A DNA stretch of 64,000 bases from the human T2T-CHM13v2.0 reference genome, Homo sapiens, in the NCBI RefSeq assembly GCF_009914755.1, contig NC_060930.1. One strand, 5' to 3'. Positions 1-13,420 of the stretch are shown piece after piece (position 1 is the first letter of the stretch; each line of letters starts with the position of its first letter). A model generated the notes under the pieces. That model had not been told where the DNA came from and searched no databases. It saw nothing but the letters and a program-made list of their open reading frames with translations. A program made the translations under genes and the position numbers.

Positions 1-481
1 TTGTACATTAGTGATTAACAATCTGAAAATCAAATTTTAAAAAAATCATCAAAAAAATAAAATACTTAGAGAACCAATTTAACAAAGGAAATCAAAGGGC
101 AAAACTTGTACACAGAAAACTACAAAATATTGCTGAAAGAAATTAAGGAAGGCCTAAACAAATGAAAAGACATCTTTTGTTTGTGGATTGGAAGATTTAA
201 CATTGTTAAGATTGCAATATTATCCAAGCCAATTACAGATTCAATGCTATACTTAACAAACATCCTAACAACCTTTTTCTCAGTAATGGGAAAGCTGATT
301 CTCAAATTCATATGGAACTTCAAGGGACCCTAAATAGTCAAACCAATCAGGAAAAATGAAAACAAAGTTGGAGGATTCACAATTTCAGATTTCAAAACTT
401 ACCACAAAGCTAAAGTAATTAAAACAATATATTACCACCATAAAAACAGAAATATATATCAACTGAATAGCATTAAAAGAA

Positions 482-754
482 TTGGGTGGGGACACAGCCA
501 AACCATATCAGTGGTCTCGGCACTCTTGTTGAAAATCAATCTGCCATACAAGTATGGATTTACTTCCAGTGGTCTTGACACTCTTGTTGAAAATCAATCT
601 ACCATACTGTATGGAATGGTAGATTACTGTATGGAAATCAATCTACCATACGATATGAAATGATAGATTGATTTTCAACAAGAGTGCCAAGACCTATGGA
701 AGTAAATCCATACTTGTATGGTAGATTGATTTTCAACAAGAGTGCCAAGACCAC

Positions 755-783
<29 letters not shown>
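482..783. repeat. Near-perfect inverted repeat with about 87-bp outer arms and nested shorter inverted copies
   Basis: 482-568 is the reverse complement of 697-783 with 2 mismatches; 569-607 and 661-694 are further opposite-orientation copies of the same core. Confidence 0.95.
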
Positions 784-1423
<640 letters not shown>

Positions 1424-2339
1424 ACAACTTACTGTAAAAGGAATAATTTCCTTCACAAATGATGCTAGGACACATTCGATAGCTGCATGCAAAACACTGA
1501 AGTTGAACTCTTTCCTCCCACCATATACAAAAATTAACTCAAAATTGATCAAAGACCCAAATGAAAGAGCTAAAACTATACAACTCATACAGAAAAACAT
1601 AAGTTTGCTTTTGGCAATAGATGTTTAGATATGGCACCAAAATCACAGGCAGAAACAACAAAAATATAAATTGAACTTCATCAAAATTAATAACTTTGTG
1701 CATCAAAAGACACTATCAAGAAAGTGAAAAGACACGGAAGAAATTTTATTTGCAAGTCATGTATCTGAGAAGGGTTGAATATTCAGAATACATAAAGTAT
1801 TCATATCCAGAATACAAAATACAGCTAAACAACAAAAAGACAAGCAACACAATTTAAAAATGGGCTCAAGACTTTAGAACAGACATTGCTTCAAAGAAGA
1901 TATACAAATGGCCAACAAATATGAAAAAAAGTTCAACATGATTAGTCATTAGAGAAATGCAAATCAAAACCACAATGAGCTATCACTTCACACCCAGTAG
2001 TTTGGCTATAATTTTTAAAAAGGGAAAGTAAGTGTTGGTGAGGATGTGAAGAAATTGAGACCCTCATACATTGCTTGTTAGAATTTAAAATGGTGTAGCC
2101 ACTGTGGAAAATAATTTAAATGTTTAAAATTTAAACATAGAATTATCATATAACCCAACAATTCCACTTTTAAGTATGCCCAAAATAATTGAGGACAAGT
2201 ATTCAAACAAATACGTGTATACATATGTTCATGACAGCAGCACTATTTGCAATAGCCAAAAGGTAGAAACAACTAAAAATCTATCAGATGAGGAAAGGAT
2301 AAACAAAATGTTGCATATACATACACTAGAATTCAGCAG

Positions 2340-2694
2340 TGTATTAGTCTGTTTTCATGCTGGTGATAAAGACATACCCGAGACTGAGAAGAAAAAGAGG
2401 TTTAATGGACTTACAGTTCCACATGGCTGGGGAGACCTCACAATCATGGTGAAAGGCAAGGATGAGCAAGTCACATCTTACATGGATGGCAGCAGGCAAA
2501 GAGAGCTTGTGCAGGGAAACTCCCATTTTTAAAACCATCGGATCTTGTGAGATTTATTCACTATCATGAGAACAGCACAGGAAAGACCCACCCCCATGAT
2601 TCAATTATCTCCCACTGGGTCTCTCCCACAACTGTCAGAATTATGGGAGCTACAAGATGAGATTTGGGTGGGGACACAGAGCCAAACCATATCA
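2340..2694 (-). mobile_element. THE1 (THE1B/C-like) solo LTR
   Basis: tgtattagtctgttttcatgctg...gggacacagagccaaaccatatca termini. Confidence 0.92.
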
Positions 2695-3435
2695 AGGGGT
2701 AAAAATAAATGAAGTACTAATACATATTACAATGTAGATGAACCTAGAAAATATTGTGCTAAGTGAAAGAAGCCAGTCATAAAAGCTGACATATTGTCTG
2801 ATTCTATTTACATGAAATATCCAGAATGGGTAAATTCATATAGACAAAGCAGATTAGCAGCTTCCAGAGTCCCGGGTGAGGGGGTTATGGAGAGTGCTTA
2901 ATGGGTATCTGATTTCCTTTTGGGGTTATAACAATGGTTTGGAACTAGATAGAGGTGAGGTTTGCACAACATTGTAAATGCAGTGAATGGCACTTAGTTG
3001 TAAACTTTAAAATGGTTAACCTTATATTATGAGGAATTTTACCTCAATTTAAAAAACAAAAGCTGAAAAAAATCTATTTATTTAGAAATGCAGTAACAGG
3101 TTCAAGGCGCAGGCACTGAGAATCTGGGGTAAAAGGGTAAGCACCTCTGAGAGATGGATGAAGGACAACTATTGTTGGACATCAAGGTCAGAGCAGAGAG
3201 AAGACTGACACAGGGCTGAGCTGTAGGACTATTAACACAAGACTCCCAAGTCAGCATTGGAGCTTTGCAGAACTGTTACTTATGGATACCCATTAAAGTG
3301 CTCCATTCTCAAATAAACACCATTTTCTTTTAGAGGAGCCTCTCTCTGTTATTTAGGTTGACAAAGGATAGGCTGAGATGATTAAAGTAGCTCTGCCAAA
3401 TATAAGCAAATTCTGATTTAGTAAGAAGAGACTAG

Positions 3436-3822
<387 letters not shown>

Positions 3823-4276
3823 TCAGAGGGACAGATTTTTAGCTTAATGTAAAGAAGTTCCTAAGAGTCACAGTTTTAAAGGGTGAATAGGTGTTCCTGG
3901 TCACTGGGTTTATTTAAGCAACTACTAACTGTCCAATCCACAGAGACTATCAAAGTGTCACAAAATTGGTTCAAGACATCGACCAAAAGGCTTGTCTGAA
4001 CCTGGGATTCTGTGGCTTTCAGAGTATAAGACACTGAGAACATAACCATTCACTTGAGAAAAAAAAACAAAACCTCAAACATTATCTTACAGATAGACAT
4101 CTTCAGCAAGTTTAACTTCAAATATAAGAGATATAGCATTTGGTTCTATTTGGGTTTGAATTCTTTTTTATTGTATTTGGGTTTGAATTCTTCACTCCCC
4201 TATCTTATGAAGGCTGGCCTTGTCCAGAGGTTTATGGGGAAGAGCAGAAAATACTCATCCAAAACAGCCAAGAACA

Positions 4277-4696
4277 TGTAGGGAAGGAAAAAATATATTT
4301 TCCTCACCCATCACTAAATTTATGGCTGAGATACCTATAACAAAAGAAAAGCATACACATTTATGAAACAAAGACCCCAAGACAAGGTTAAACCTGTGTA
4401 TTTTTATACTTAGGTTTGATGAAGAGTAGACAATTGTAAGAGAAATATAATTAAAGAACAAAACAGTATGATCTAATGATAATGAACTGGGAAGTACTTA
4501 GTAAGGCCTGTTTGTTCAGATTCTTTTTGGCATCTGTGTCTTCCTGGGTATAGGGTGGGCACCTCTTGAATGAGGGTCTTAAGACCTGCTTCAGGGAAGA
4601 AGAGGGAGTAGAAGGTGAGAGTGACCTTCCTGCTTCTGCTGTTTTCTCAAATGCCAAGGTGCTATATTTTGTAGTAGCATGTCCTGAACTCCATCA
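4277..4696 (-). mobile_element. ERV1-class solo LTR (MER34/MER39-type)
   Basis: TG...CA termini; minus strand begins tgatggagttcaggacatgctactacaaaatatagcaccttggcatttgagaaaacagcagaagcagg; homologous to 29759-30290. Confidence 0.75.
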
Positions 4697-5346
4697 AACC
4701 CTAAGAACCAAAGGATAAAACAGAGTTGAGCAGGTAAACTGAGTTCCAAATTGAGGGAGAGGTCTCTGGAGGACTGGGGTAGATCTGAGGAAATCTGGAC
4801 ATCTGAGGGAGGAAGGAAGGAGTAACTGGAAGTGAGTCCATAGCAATGACTCGTTGATGAGGGAGAAGCTATGGATACTTGCCTGCAGCAACTTCTCCTT
4901 TTAGGAGCCATCCTAGGCGGGCAGGGAGACTTACAGGGCAAGACTGAAAGCTGTGCATTTATACCTCTTAAGTAGCTCTCACTCGATGCCTTTTGACAGG
5001 CTGTCTGCTTAATTTATGCTCTTGGGCCTCTAGGTCTCATCTGTCAAATGTCCTATAAAGAACTAGAGTGTTTTGAAGGTCTCTTTCCGGTTCTAAAATC
5101 CTAGAGTTTTTAGATTTTTCTCCACTCTGCCTAATTTCTTTTAGATTCCTATAGAACATCGGCTCTCCTTGAGTTTGAAAAGAAGCCTCATGAAGAAAAT
5201 AGTCTGTTTCTCACTTACTTTGTGAAGTCTTTTTCCACTTGGATTTTCTAGAATTATAAATCATTATACTTTCATTTTTCTTAATTGAAAGGAGTTTTGT
5301 GAGCTACATAGAATTTATTTTGAAATTTAATTATGTCTAGATTTAA

Positions 5347-6056
5347 TGTTAGTAAGCTGTTTTTACTCACAACACTCTGACATCAAATCGGTGTCTAACA
5401 ATTCAATTCCGACACTATCTACCTGGAATTTGTGTCAGATCCCACAAGTTAAAGGGGTCAGTCCTGCATGACTGCCCCAACTTCAGATGCCAATTATAGA
5501 AGTCTCGGGCTACCCATACTCCTGATAGACCAGCTATAAACCGGGGGTTCCCACACTATGACTTCAAGTTCGATAACTTGCTAGAGCAAGTCACGTAACT
5601 CAAGAAAGTGCTTTACCTACTATTACTGATTTCTTATAAAGGATACAACTCAGGAATAGCCCAATGGAAGAGGTACATAGGGAAAAATATGGGGTGGGTG
5701 GGGGTAGTGCCACCTTCCTAGCACCTCAGTGTGTTCACCAACCTGGAAGACCTCTGAACTAGTCATTTAGGGGTTTTTATGGAGACTTCATTACATGATT
5801 GACTGAATCTCAGGCCTCTGGTAATTAACCCAATCTCCAGTCCCTCTTCCCTCCCCAGTGGTTGGAGGGTAGGGCTGAAAGTTCCAAGCTTCTTTTCAAG
5901 GTTTGCTCTTTTGGATGACCAGTCCCCATTCTGAAGCTACCTAAGGGCCTCTAGACAGCAGTGATCTCATTAGCATGCAATAGACACTCATCACTCTGGA
6001 GATTCCAAGGGTTTTAGGAACCAGGGACTAAGACCAAATATATTTTTTAATACCAT
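5347..6056 (-). mobile_element. MER21-type LTR
   Basis: cgacactatctacctgga...tcagatcccaca, ataaaggatacaactcaggaa and gaccaaatatatttt blocks typical of MER21. Confidence 0.8.
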
Positions 6057-6599
6057 AATCAGTAAATAGTTAAATATGGAAAACTCTCAATTTTGCTTTT
6101 GCCACCAAACAAATTCAAACACGTTCTATGTAGTTTGCAAAGAAAGAATTCATAAAGAAAATAGTTCCTGTATTTTCATAAAGATATTGAATTTTAATTA
6201 AATATGAAATTTGGCTTCATATCCTGCATAAAGGTATAAAGCCACATTGTGGAAAATGGCATAATTTAGAAACAAAATCTACCTTGAGCTATTTTACTTA
6301 ATATCTTCAGCTCTGAACTAAATAACTGCTTAATTCCTTTAGATAACCAAAGAACACTTAAATAGAAATTAAGAAAATTGTTTTTAGGTATTTTCAGTTT
6401 GAAGAACTTGCTAAATGGATTTCATTGATCTTCCCTTGAGGAAACATAGAATATTTTAAATCTTATACATTAACTAGCTAATTCAACAATTGGGTCCCTA
6501 TTATATGCCAGGCTAGGTGCTAAGAATACAAAAGTGAGTACAGCTGGTCTCTACCTTTTAAGGCACTTAATCCTATTCTGCTCCAAGGAGGCAGCAGGG

Positions 6600-6790
6600 C
6601 AAACATGGCTCAGCTGGTTGGTTCAGGAGTCTGATTATCTAGGTCACACCTCACCTCCATTTACCAGCTGCAAAACACTAGAGAAGTTATCTACTACATC
6701 CTGAGTTTCAATTTCCTCATCTACGAAAAAGGCACAATCATAGAACCTCAAAAGAGTGTCGTGGCTAAAATAGTTAGGATAATATTTAGA
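6600..6790 (+). mobile_element. MIR fragment
   Basis: Core-like ctgagtttcaatttcctcatctacgaaaaagg. Confidence 0.6.
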
Positions 6791-6815
6791 GTATGTGAAA
6801 TATTTAGAATATATT

Positions 6816-7236
6816 TGTGATGGGTTTTTTTTTTTTTTTTGGATATGTTAACTTGGTTAAGCTATGGTTCCAGCTATTCAACCTAACGATAACCTAGGTG
6901 CTGTGGAAATTGTGTTTTGTAAATGTGAGTCCATAATCAGTTGACTTTAAATAAGGGAGAGCATTCTAAATAGTCTGGGTGGGTCTGATTCAATCAGTTG
7001 AAAGGCCTTAAAACCAGGGCTGAGACTTCCCTGAAAAAGAAAACATCCACCTACGGACAGCAGCTTCAGCCTGTGCAGGAGAGTTCCTGATGGCCTGCTC
7101 TGTGGATTTTGGATTTCCTTATCCAGTTCCTTAATTGTGTAAGCCTATTCCTTGTAGTAAATCTATATCCATATTTATCTATATATATATTATCCTCTGT
7201 TATTTGTGCATTTCTGGTTGAACGCTGGGTGATATA
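6816..7236 (+). mobile_element. MLT2 (MLT2D-like) ERVL LTR
   Basis: tgtgatgg start; ccataatcagttgactttaa and gattcaatcagttgaaaggcctt blocks. Confidence 0.8.
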
Positions 7237-7500
7237 GATGTCAAAATTGTAGTGAATGTAAAGTGCTTAGCAGTAAAAGTCATAAACATTATTTTAAAAA
7301 AACAACAATAAAAACAACAATCCATGTTTTGTTATGGTTGCTGGGTTTGGGAACCCTCAAGAAAAAGACTAGACATGAAGACGCCATTTAAACCAAGGCT
7401 TACAGTAACAAAGAAAGGACTCTAGGTTGAGGCAAATACAATAGCAAGCAGTAGGTTTCTCTCAAGGGCAGGATATAAGTCGGGGAAAAAATATCTTCTA

Positions 7501-7812
7501 GGTCTCAGCATGATGGCTTGCACCTGTAATCTCAACACTTTGGGAGGCCAAGGTGGGAAGACTGCTTAAGGCCATGAGTTAGAGAACAGCCTAAGCAATA
7601 TGACTTGACCCTATCTCTAGAGAAAATAAAAGAAACTTAGCCAGGCATGGTAGCACTTGCCTGCAGTTCCAGCTACCTGGGAGACTGAGGTGAGAGGATC
7701 ACTTGAGTTCAGGAGTTGGAGGCTGCAGTGAGCTATGATCATGCCACTGCACTCCAGCCTGAGTGACAGAGCAGGACCCTGTCTCTAAAAATGAACAAAC
7801 AAATGAAAAAAC
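7501..7812 (+). mobile_element. AluJ
   Basis: Diverged dimer with AluJ right arm (ggatcacttgagttcaggagttggaggctgcagtgagctatgatc). Confidence 0.9.
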
Positions 7813-7825
7813 AACCAAAAACTCA

Positions 7826-8180
7826 TGTCTTAGTCCATTTGAGCTGCTATTCCAAAATGTCATAGGCTGGTTGCATATAAACAACAAAAATTCATTTCTC
7901 ACAGTTCTGGAGACTGGGAAGTCCAAGACCAAGAAGCTGGTAGATTTAGGGCCCATTACCAGATTCCTAGATGGTGCCTTCTCCCTGTGTCCTCACACAG
8001 TGGAAGGGGCAAGGCAGCTCTCTGGGCCTCTTTTATTTGGGGACCAACCCCATTCATTAGGGCTCCATGGCCTCATGACCTAATCACCTCCCAAAGGCCC
8101 CACTTCCTAATGCCATCTCCTGGGGGGTTAGAATTGCAACATCTGAATTTTGAAGAAACACAAACATTCAGATCCTAGCA
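7826..8180 (-). mobile_element. MLT1A-type MaLR LTR
   Basis: tgtcttagtccatttgagctgcta...cacaaacattcagatcctagca. Confidence 0.85.
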
Positions 8181-9159
8181 CACTATTTATAATATAAGGA
8201 ACAGCTATATAGAATCAAGGTTGGAAATGGGTGGTTCAAGAGAAAAATCCTGTACACTAGTTGTTAGTTTGGCCTGTAGAATGATTTTTTAAAAAGCATT
8301 TAAAAATAATTTTTAAAAATGAACCTACAATTTGTTAAAAAATTAAGAGATTTTTGCATAAAATACAGATATCTGGCTTTTTTGAAAACCTGGAAGCTCT
8401 GGCCACACTAAGCCCATACTGTCTCTGGGTCATAAACATTTGATGCTAGTCCTTTCTGTGTGGTCTCCACAATGTGCTGTGGAAGACAAGGCACAGCTGC
8501 CTCCTGCGTTTGTAGAATCTGCTTGAACCCTGTGGGCATCTATGATACCCTGCCCTAGACAATCTCCTAAAACCTGGCCTTAAACTTTTCTTGACCTTCT
8601 TTGGCCCAAAAGCTTCCATTCCTTACTTAGGCAAACTTTTCCCATGATCACTCCCTGGACTGTCTATTCTGAAAGTTTCATTTATTTTTTCTATATTGTC
8701 TTAATAATAGCCAACTCCCTAGACTGCTATACTTCCCTTAACGTTTTTGTTAATCTTACTAGCAGGTCACACAATGCCTGAATACATTTCTCTGAGACAC
8801 AGTCATGATGAAAGAGTACATAGCTTCTACATAGACATTAAAATAGAACATTTTTTCCCTAAACTACTTGTCACCTGGCCACTTGTACAATGCCAGCAGA
8901 TGACTATGGGTCTGACTTGAGAAATAAAACCGAGGGAGTCAGGCTCAGAAATGAACTGCCTTAAAACGCCCTGTACCATATCTAGTCACGTGACAATAAA
9001 TACAGACATGTTTCTGATACAGTGGTTTCTGTGTACAGGCACACACTGACAGGTACCTTAAAAAAAAAAATGGGATGACAACATACTTGTATATAGGTAC
9101 TCATCCTCACCTCTCTCTGTCCAATCTTAGAGGAAAATGTGTCTGCTTTAAAGTAACCT

Positions 9160-10920
9160 ATGATCTGTGTCTCCCTGGCACCTCACTGAAGCCGGGAGTC
9201 CTCTCTTGACTGTTTTCCTCCACTTTCCACATCTTCCTCCAATTGGTTCCTTCCCTATAAGCTAGAAATACGTTCACATCACTGCCACTAACAAATCTTT
9301 GTCCTTACTATATAGGCCTTTGTAGCTACCATCTTTCTCCCCCCATGAGACCACCAGGCTCCCTGGTAAAGTGGTTAACACTCAGTCCATTTATTTTCTT
9401 TCCATTCACTCTTCAACCCACTGCCATTAGCTATCCCTTGTACTCCCCAGATATGCTAGGGAAAAACTTATCAATGCTTTCCTAGTTGCCAAATTAATTT
9501 ATTATTTTACCCTTCATCTTGGTAAATGTGGCCCCGTGTGTGGCACCTGATACAACATATCCCTCCCTTCTTAAAACTCCTTCCCAGGCTTCAAGACTAC
9601 TGCTGTCTCCTGGGTCCTCTCCATCTCTAGATGTTGTTTCTCAGTTGCCTTCCCTGGTTTCACTCAAAATTCCTGGGGTTTTGGTGGGGAATTGATACAA
9701 GATCCTGATCCCCTCACTTCAGGCTGGGAAATTTAACACAGGCAGGGAAAATCAGATGATCATTCCAAGGAATGTAAGTCTGGAGTGCGGACACATGGGG
9801 GTGGGGAGCAGTTGTAAGTGGGTCAGCTGATGGCAGCAGCCTAGATGGCAAGCCACAAATTCTCCCCAGAGACCCTGGAGCTCCCTTCCTCTGTTCTCTC
9901 ACGGCCTGAGTATTCAGCTGTTTATACTGTGACCTATGCAGCAGGTTTCCAATAAGTTATTCTTTATACAGTGCTTACAGTTACTACATCTGGTTTCTTT
10001 TACTTGTAACTAAAGACCTTTAATAGATACCCTAGAGCTTTGCCCTAAGGTATCTTCTCTCCTCTGTGCACATGGGCTTTCTTCCTGGTAGCCCCATTCA
10101 CTCTCATGGCTTCAGCCACCATCCATATGTTCTTGACTCCTTATTTATATCTTTAGCCTAGAGATCTCTCATGAACTCTCCACCTGCAAATATAATCACT
10201 GTACCTAACGATTCTTCTCTTGGGTGACCCCCAGGAACCCAGAACTCAACATGTCCCAAAGTGCACTCATGGACTTTTCCCCGAAATCTGCTTCTCGCTT
10301 TTCCATTCTCTAACTCAGTGCCTGACACCACCATCCATTCAGTCACTCCAGCCAAATACCTCTCCTTCTCACTCCCTAATAGATTAGCAGTTGCTTGGTC
10401 CCCTCAGTTCCCCTTCTTAATGCCTCTCTTAATTGTTTACCTCTCTCTGCCTCTCCTCCCTATCTCAGGCCCTCAGCACTCCTCCCCTTGACCATTGTGG
10501 CAGTCTCCTAACTTGCATCCACTCTCATCTCCTTCTCCCTCTCCATCCATTCACTACAATCCATACACTAGAGTCTCATTTCTAAAGCAGTCTTTGCTCA
10601 AGTATCTCCTCTGTTTAAAATCCTTTTTCTCCTATTGCCTAAAAAGGCCAACTACTTAACGTGGCAAACAAAGCCTTTCAGATCTTACTTCTGCCCACTT
10701 TGCAGGCAGCCTGATATCTTGATTCCTCTTTCCTCATTGTAATCCCCAAACTCTAGTCATGTTGACCAAGCTGCCCTCCACCAAGACGCCACCCTCCTCA
10801 TGCCCCCTCCAGCCCTCTGTGCTTCCCGCTCCCTTTGCCTGGAATGCCCTTCCCCACCCACCCAGACATCTGCTTAGTAAACACCTACCCATCTCTTTCT
10901 TCAAAAGGTTATCCGTGTTT
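9160..10920 (+). mobile_element. L2 fragments, with a probable ERVL-type LTR fragment at about 9690-10030
   Basis: Pyrimidine-rich L2 text (actcaacatgtcccaaa, tttgcctggaatgcccttcccc); boundaries approximate. Confidence 0.6.
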
Positions 10921-11119
10921 TTAAAAATAAAAATAGCAATTTTATTGGAAAAAAGAAAGAAAACACAGAGAAGTTTCATGAAGAAATAAAGATGACCTAA
11001 AAAGCCTACCACCACTTAGAAACAAATGTAGATTGGAGTGGGGGAACATGTTTCCCTATCCTGGCTTCTCAGCAAAGCTGTGGTTGATGGGTAGTGAACT
11101 CGCCAGAGAGGCAGTAAGT

Positions 11120-11340
11120 GGCCCGGTGGTTGCAAGAGGTTGAGGGCAGGAGGGAATGGGGAGTTAGTGTTTCATGGGTTCAGGATTGCAGTTTGGGAAG
11201 ACAAAAAAGTTCTGGAGACGGACAGTGGCGATGGTTGCACAAAAATGTAAATGTACTTAACGCCACTGAACTTTACACTGTTAAAAATCATTAAAATGGT
11301 GAATTCTCTGTTACGGGTATTTTACCATAATTTTTAAAAA
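11120..11340 (+). mobile_element. L1MB 3' end fragment
   Basis: gaatggggagttagtgttt...gatggttgcaca...aatgtacttaacgccactgaact. Confidence 0.85.
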
Positions 11341-11629
11341 GAGGAAAAAGGAAACAAGACTGATCTCAAGGGGTAGCAGTTTCAGTAACATTTTTTTCTT
11401 TTTTCTTTTTCTTAGAAAGGGAACTGGCTGACGTTCATGGTGGGGGAGATGGAAGGAACTGGTAGAAACGAGAAACAAAAAACCCAAGAGAGATTTCATT
11501 TTTCACTAGGATGCCAGGTATAAAATAGCACATCTCTTTTAATATTCAGAATAGCCGGAGTCTCCATTTCGTTATTACAATAATGTCTTTATCCCTTCCC
11601 AGGTTCTCCCCTTCCATTCTCTACCTCTT

Positions 11630-12140
11630 TGCGATCAAACTGAGCACCCGGGGGTTTCCCAAACCCAGGGTTACCGGATCCTGAGCATGCGCGGAGGAGG
11701 GACAGGGAGCCGCCCACGCCGGGCTCCGCGGCTGCAGTTGCTGTTGTGGCCACAAGGTGGCACTAAGTCTTTGGCGGCCGCTGGCCTTCCCGACCGTGGA
11801 AAGTCGGGGCCGGTGGGGCTAGGTAGGAAGAGCACACTCCTGTGAGGTTGCCGGGGGCGGGGCTCCACCTGGACCCCTGCTCTAGAGCTGCTGGCGCCAT
11901 AGGAAGAGAAGATGTTTGGAGTTCTGCCGTCCTGCCTCTTCTGGAGTCCCGCCGTGGCTTACTCCTTTCAGAGCTTTCTGCCCTGTCCTGACAGTGCCCT
12001 CTCTTCCTAGGCCTGAGCTCCAGGTACTCAGCGACCCGAACCTTCCAACCTTCGCACCCTCCCCAGCACACTTTCAGAATCTCCACGGCTGGGTCCAAAG
12101 GGGCCCTCGCTGGGCTGCACGTACTCTGGCCGCCTTAGCT
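11630..12140. promoter_or_regulatory. Small CpG/GC-rich island (candidate promoter or insulator)
   Basis: Local CpG excess in non-repeat DNA, NotI site gcggccgc, GC box ggggcggggc near 11853, NRF1-like gcatgcgc near 11686. Confidence 0.65.
11732..11765 (+). promoter_or_regulatory. CTCF site with upstream motif
   Basis: Core tggccacaaggtggcacta (11747-11765) preceded by ctgcagttgc and a 5-bp spacer. Confidence 0.75.
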
Positions 12141-12619
12141 CTAACTCCTGCCTCTCTAGGGCTTTTCCCTCTAACCCCAGAGTGTGGAAAATCCTCTATT
12201 TTTTCGCACAGAAGGCATGGTGCTTCCTTCAGGGGGCGAACCCCACTAGTTTACCAGAAAATGGACCTAGCACCCTCCCTTCTAAAAAAAATAGGAGGGT
12301 AGATGACCAGAAGCACAGATGGAAGGGCCAGACTTTGAAAGGAAGGCCCGATACCTCTATTGCTGAGGCAGAGCAAAGGGAGAAAAGGCAGAGCAAAAGT
12401 GGGTAGAAATAAAAATGCTTTTCGAGGGAAGGGAACTTAGCAGGCCTGCGGCCAGTTTTCCTCCCTATTTTCATTATGAGATAGATACAAATGTCATATG
12501 TGAAAATGAGAAGGAGAATATGAAGGGCAAAGCCCATGTGTGGTGGTAAAGAGAACTGCAGAAGGAGAGGCCAGGTGGCTGAGCCTTGTACGAGGGCCTA
12601 TGTGTTGTTGGAAACCAAT

Positions 12620-13420
12620 CGTTCACTCATTTATGTATTTGAGAGATATTTATTGAACATCTGCTGTGTGCTGACATTGTTTCAAGAGGTGAGAATACAT
12701 CAGTGAACAAAATAGAAAAAACTCCTTGCCTTTGGGAAATATTCCAGTATTTCCTAAATACTAGAAGGAGAGGAGGACTGAAGATTGGGAGGACGCAAGA
12801 TTAATTAGTAAGCAAAATGAAATGCTGGAGGGTGATATGCTGTGTGGAAATAGACACATCAGGATAGGGGATATCAGAAGTTGTGAGGGACTTGTGACTT
12901 AGAATTTAAATAAGGTGTTCAGGGAAGCTCTCATTGACCTCAAAGACTTGAAGGAAGCTGGCCACGTTGCTACGGAGGACAAGCAATCTGGTGGAGAGAA
13001 CAGCCAGCATAAAGGCTATGTAGCAGGAGTGTGGCTGGCATATCCATGTTGCTCCCAGAGTATATGGGATGCTGCAGCAAAAATAGATAAAGCATGAGGT
13101 GGTTTGGGTGAGGCTGTGGAAGCATGGGTGTGGCAGAGGGGTAACCAGGGAAGAAAGTGAAGAAAGTGCTGATAATTGTGGTTCAAGGGAGTGATTCTGT
13201 GGTCCAGGAGGGCAGACAGAACTGGGAGGTCCTGACAAGGAAGAAAGGAGGCTGAGTAGGAGTTGTGAGAGTGGGGGATGCTGTGTATAAACATTGGGTG
13301 TCTCTGGTAGAATTTAAGATGTCATTGGTGGCATAGTTCAAAATGATGATAAAGGCAAGAGTGTGGCCTTGCGAGCAAGTGATTGAAAATGGGAAGTGGG
13401 CTAATGCATGGTGCATACCC
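12620..13420 (-). mobile_element. L2 fragments
   Basis: L2 3' end (atatttattgaacatctgctgtgtgc...cagtgaacaaaa) and a remnant endonuclease-region peptide GHTL. Confidence 0.7.

Noticed and set aside
3210-3363. Possible LTR 3' fragment ending ttatttaggttgaca
   Set aside because: Too short to assign by eye; left out of the feature list
4147-4192. 19-bp direct repeat tatttgggtttgaattctt
   Set aside because: Ordinary small slippage duplication with no further structure
8891-8908. CTCF-like tgccagcagatgactat
   Set aside because: Mismatch in the highly conserved GGC of the core
11671-12302. Overlapping ORFs in the GC-rich island
   Set aside because: Expected from stop-codon scarcity in GC-rich DNA; no homology or convincing splice structure
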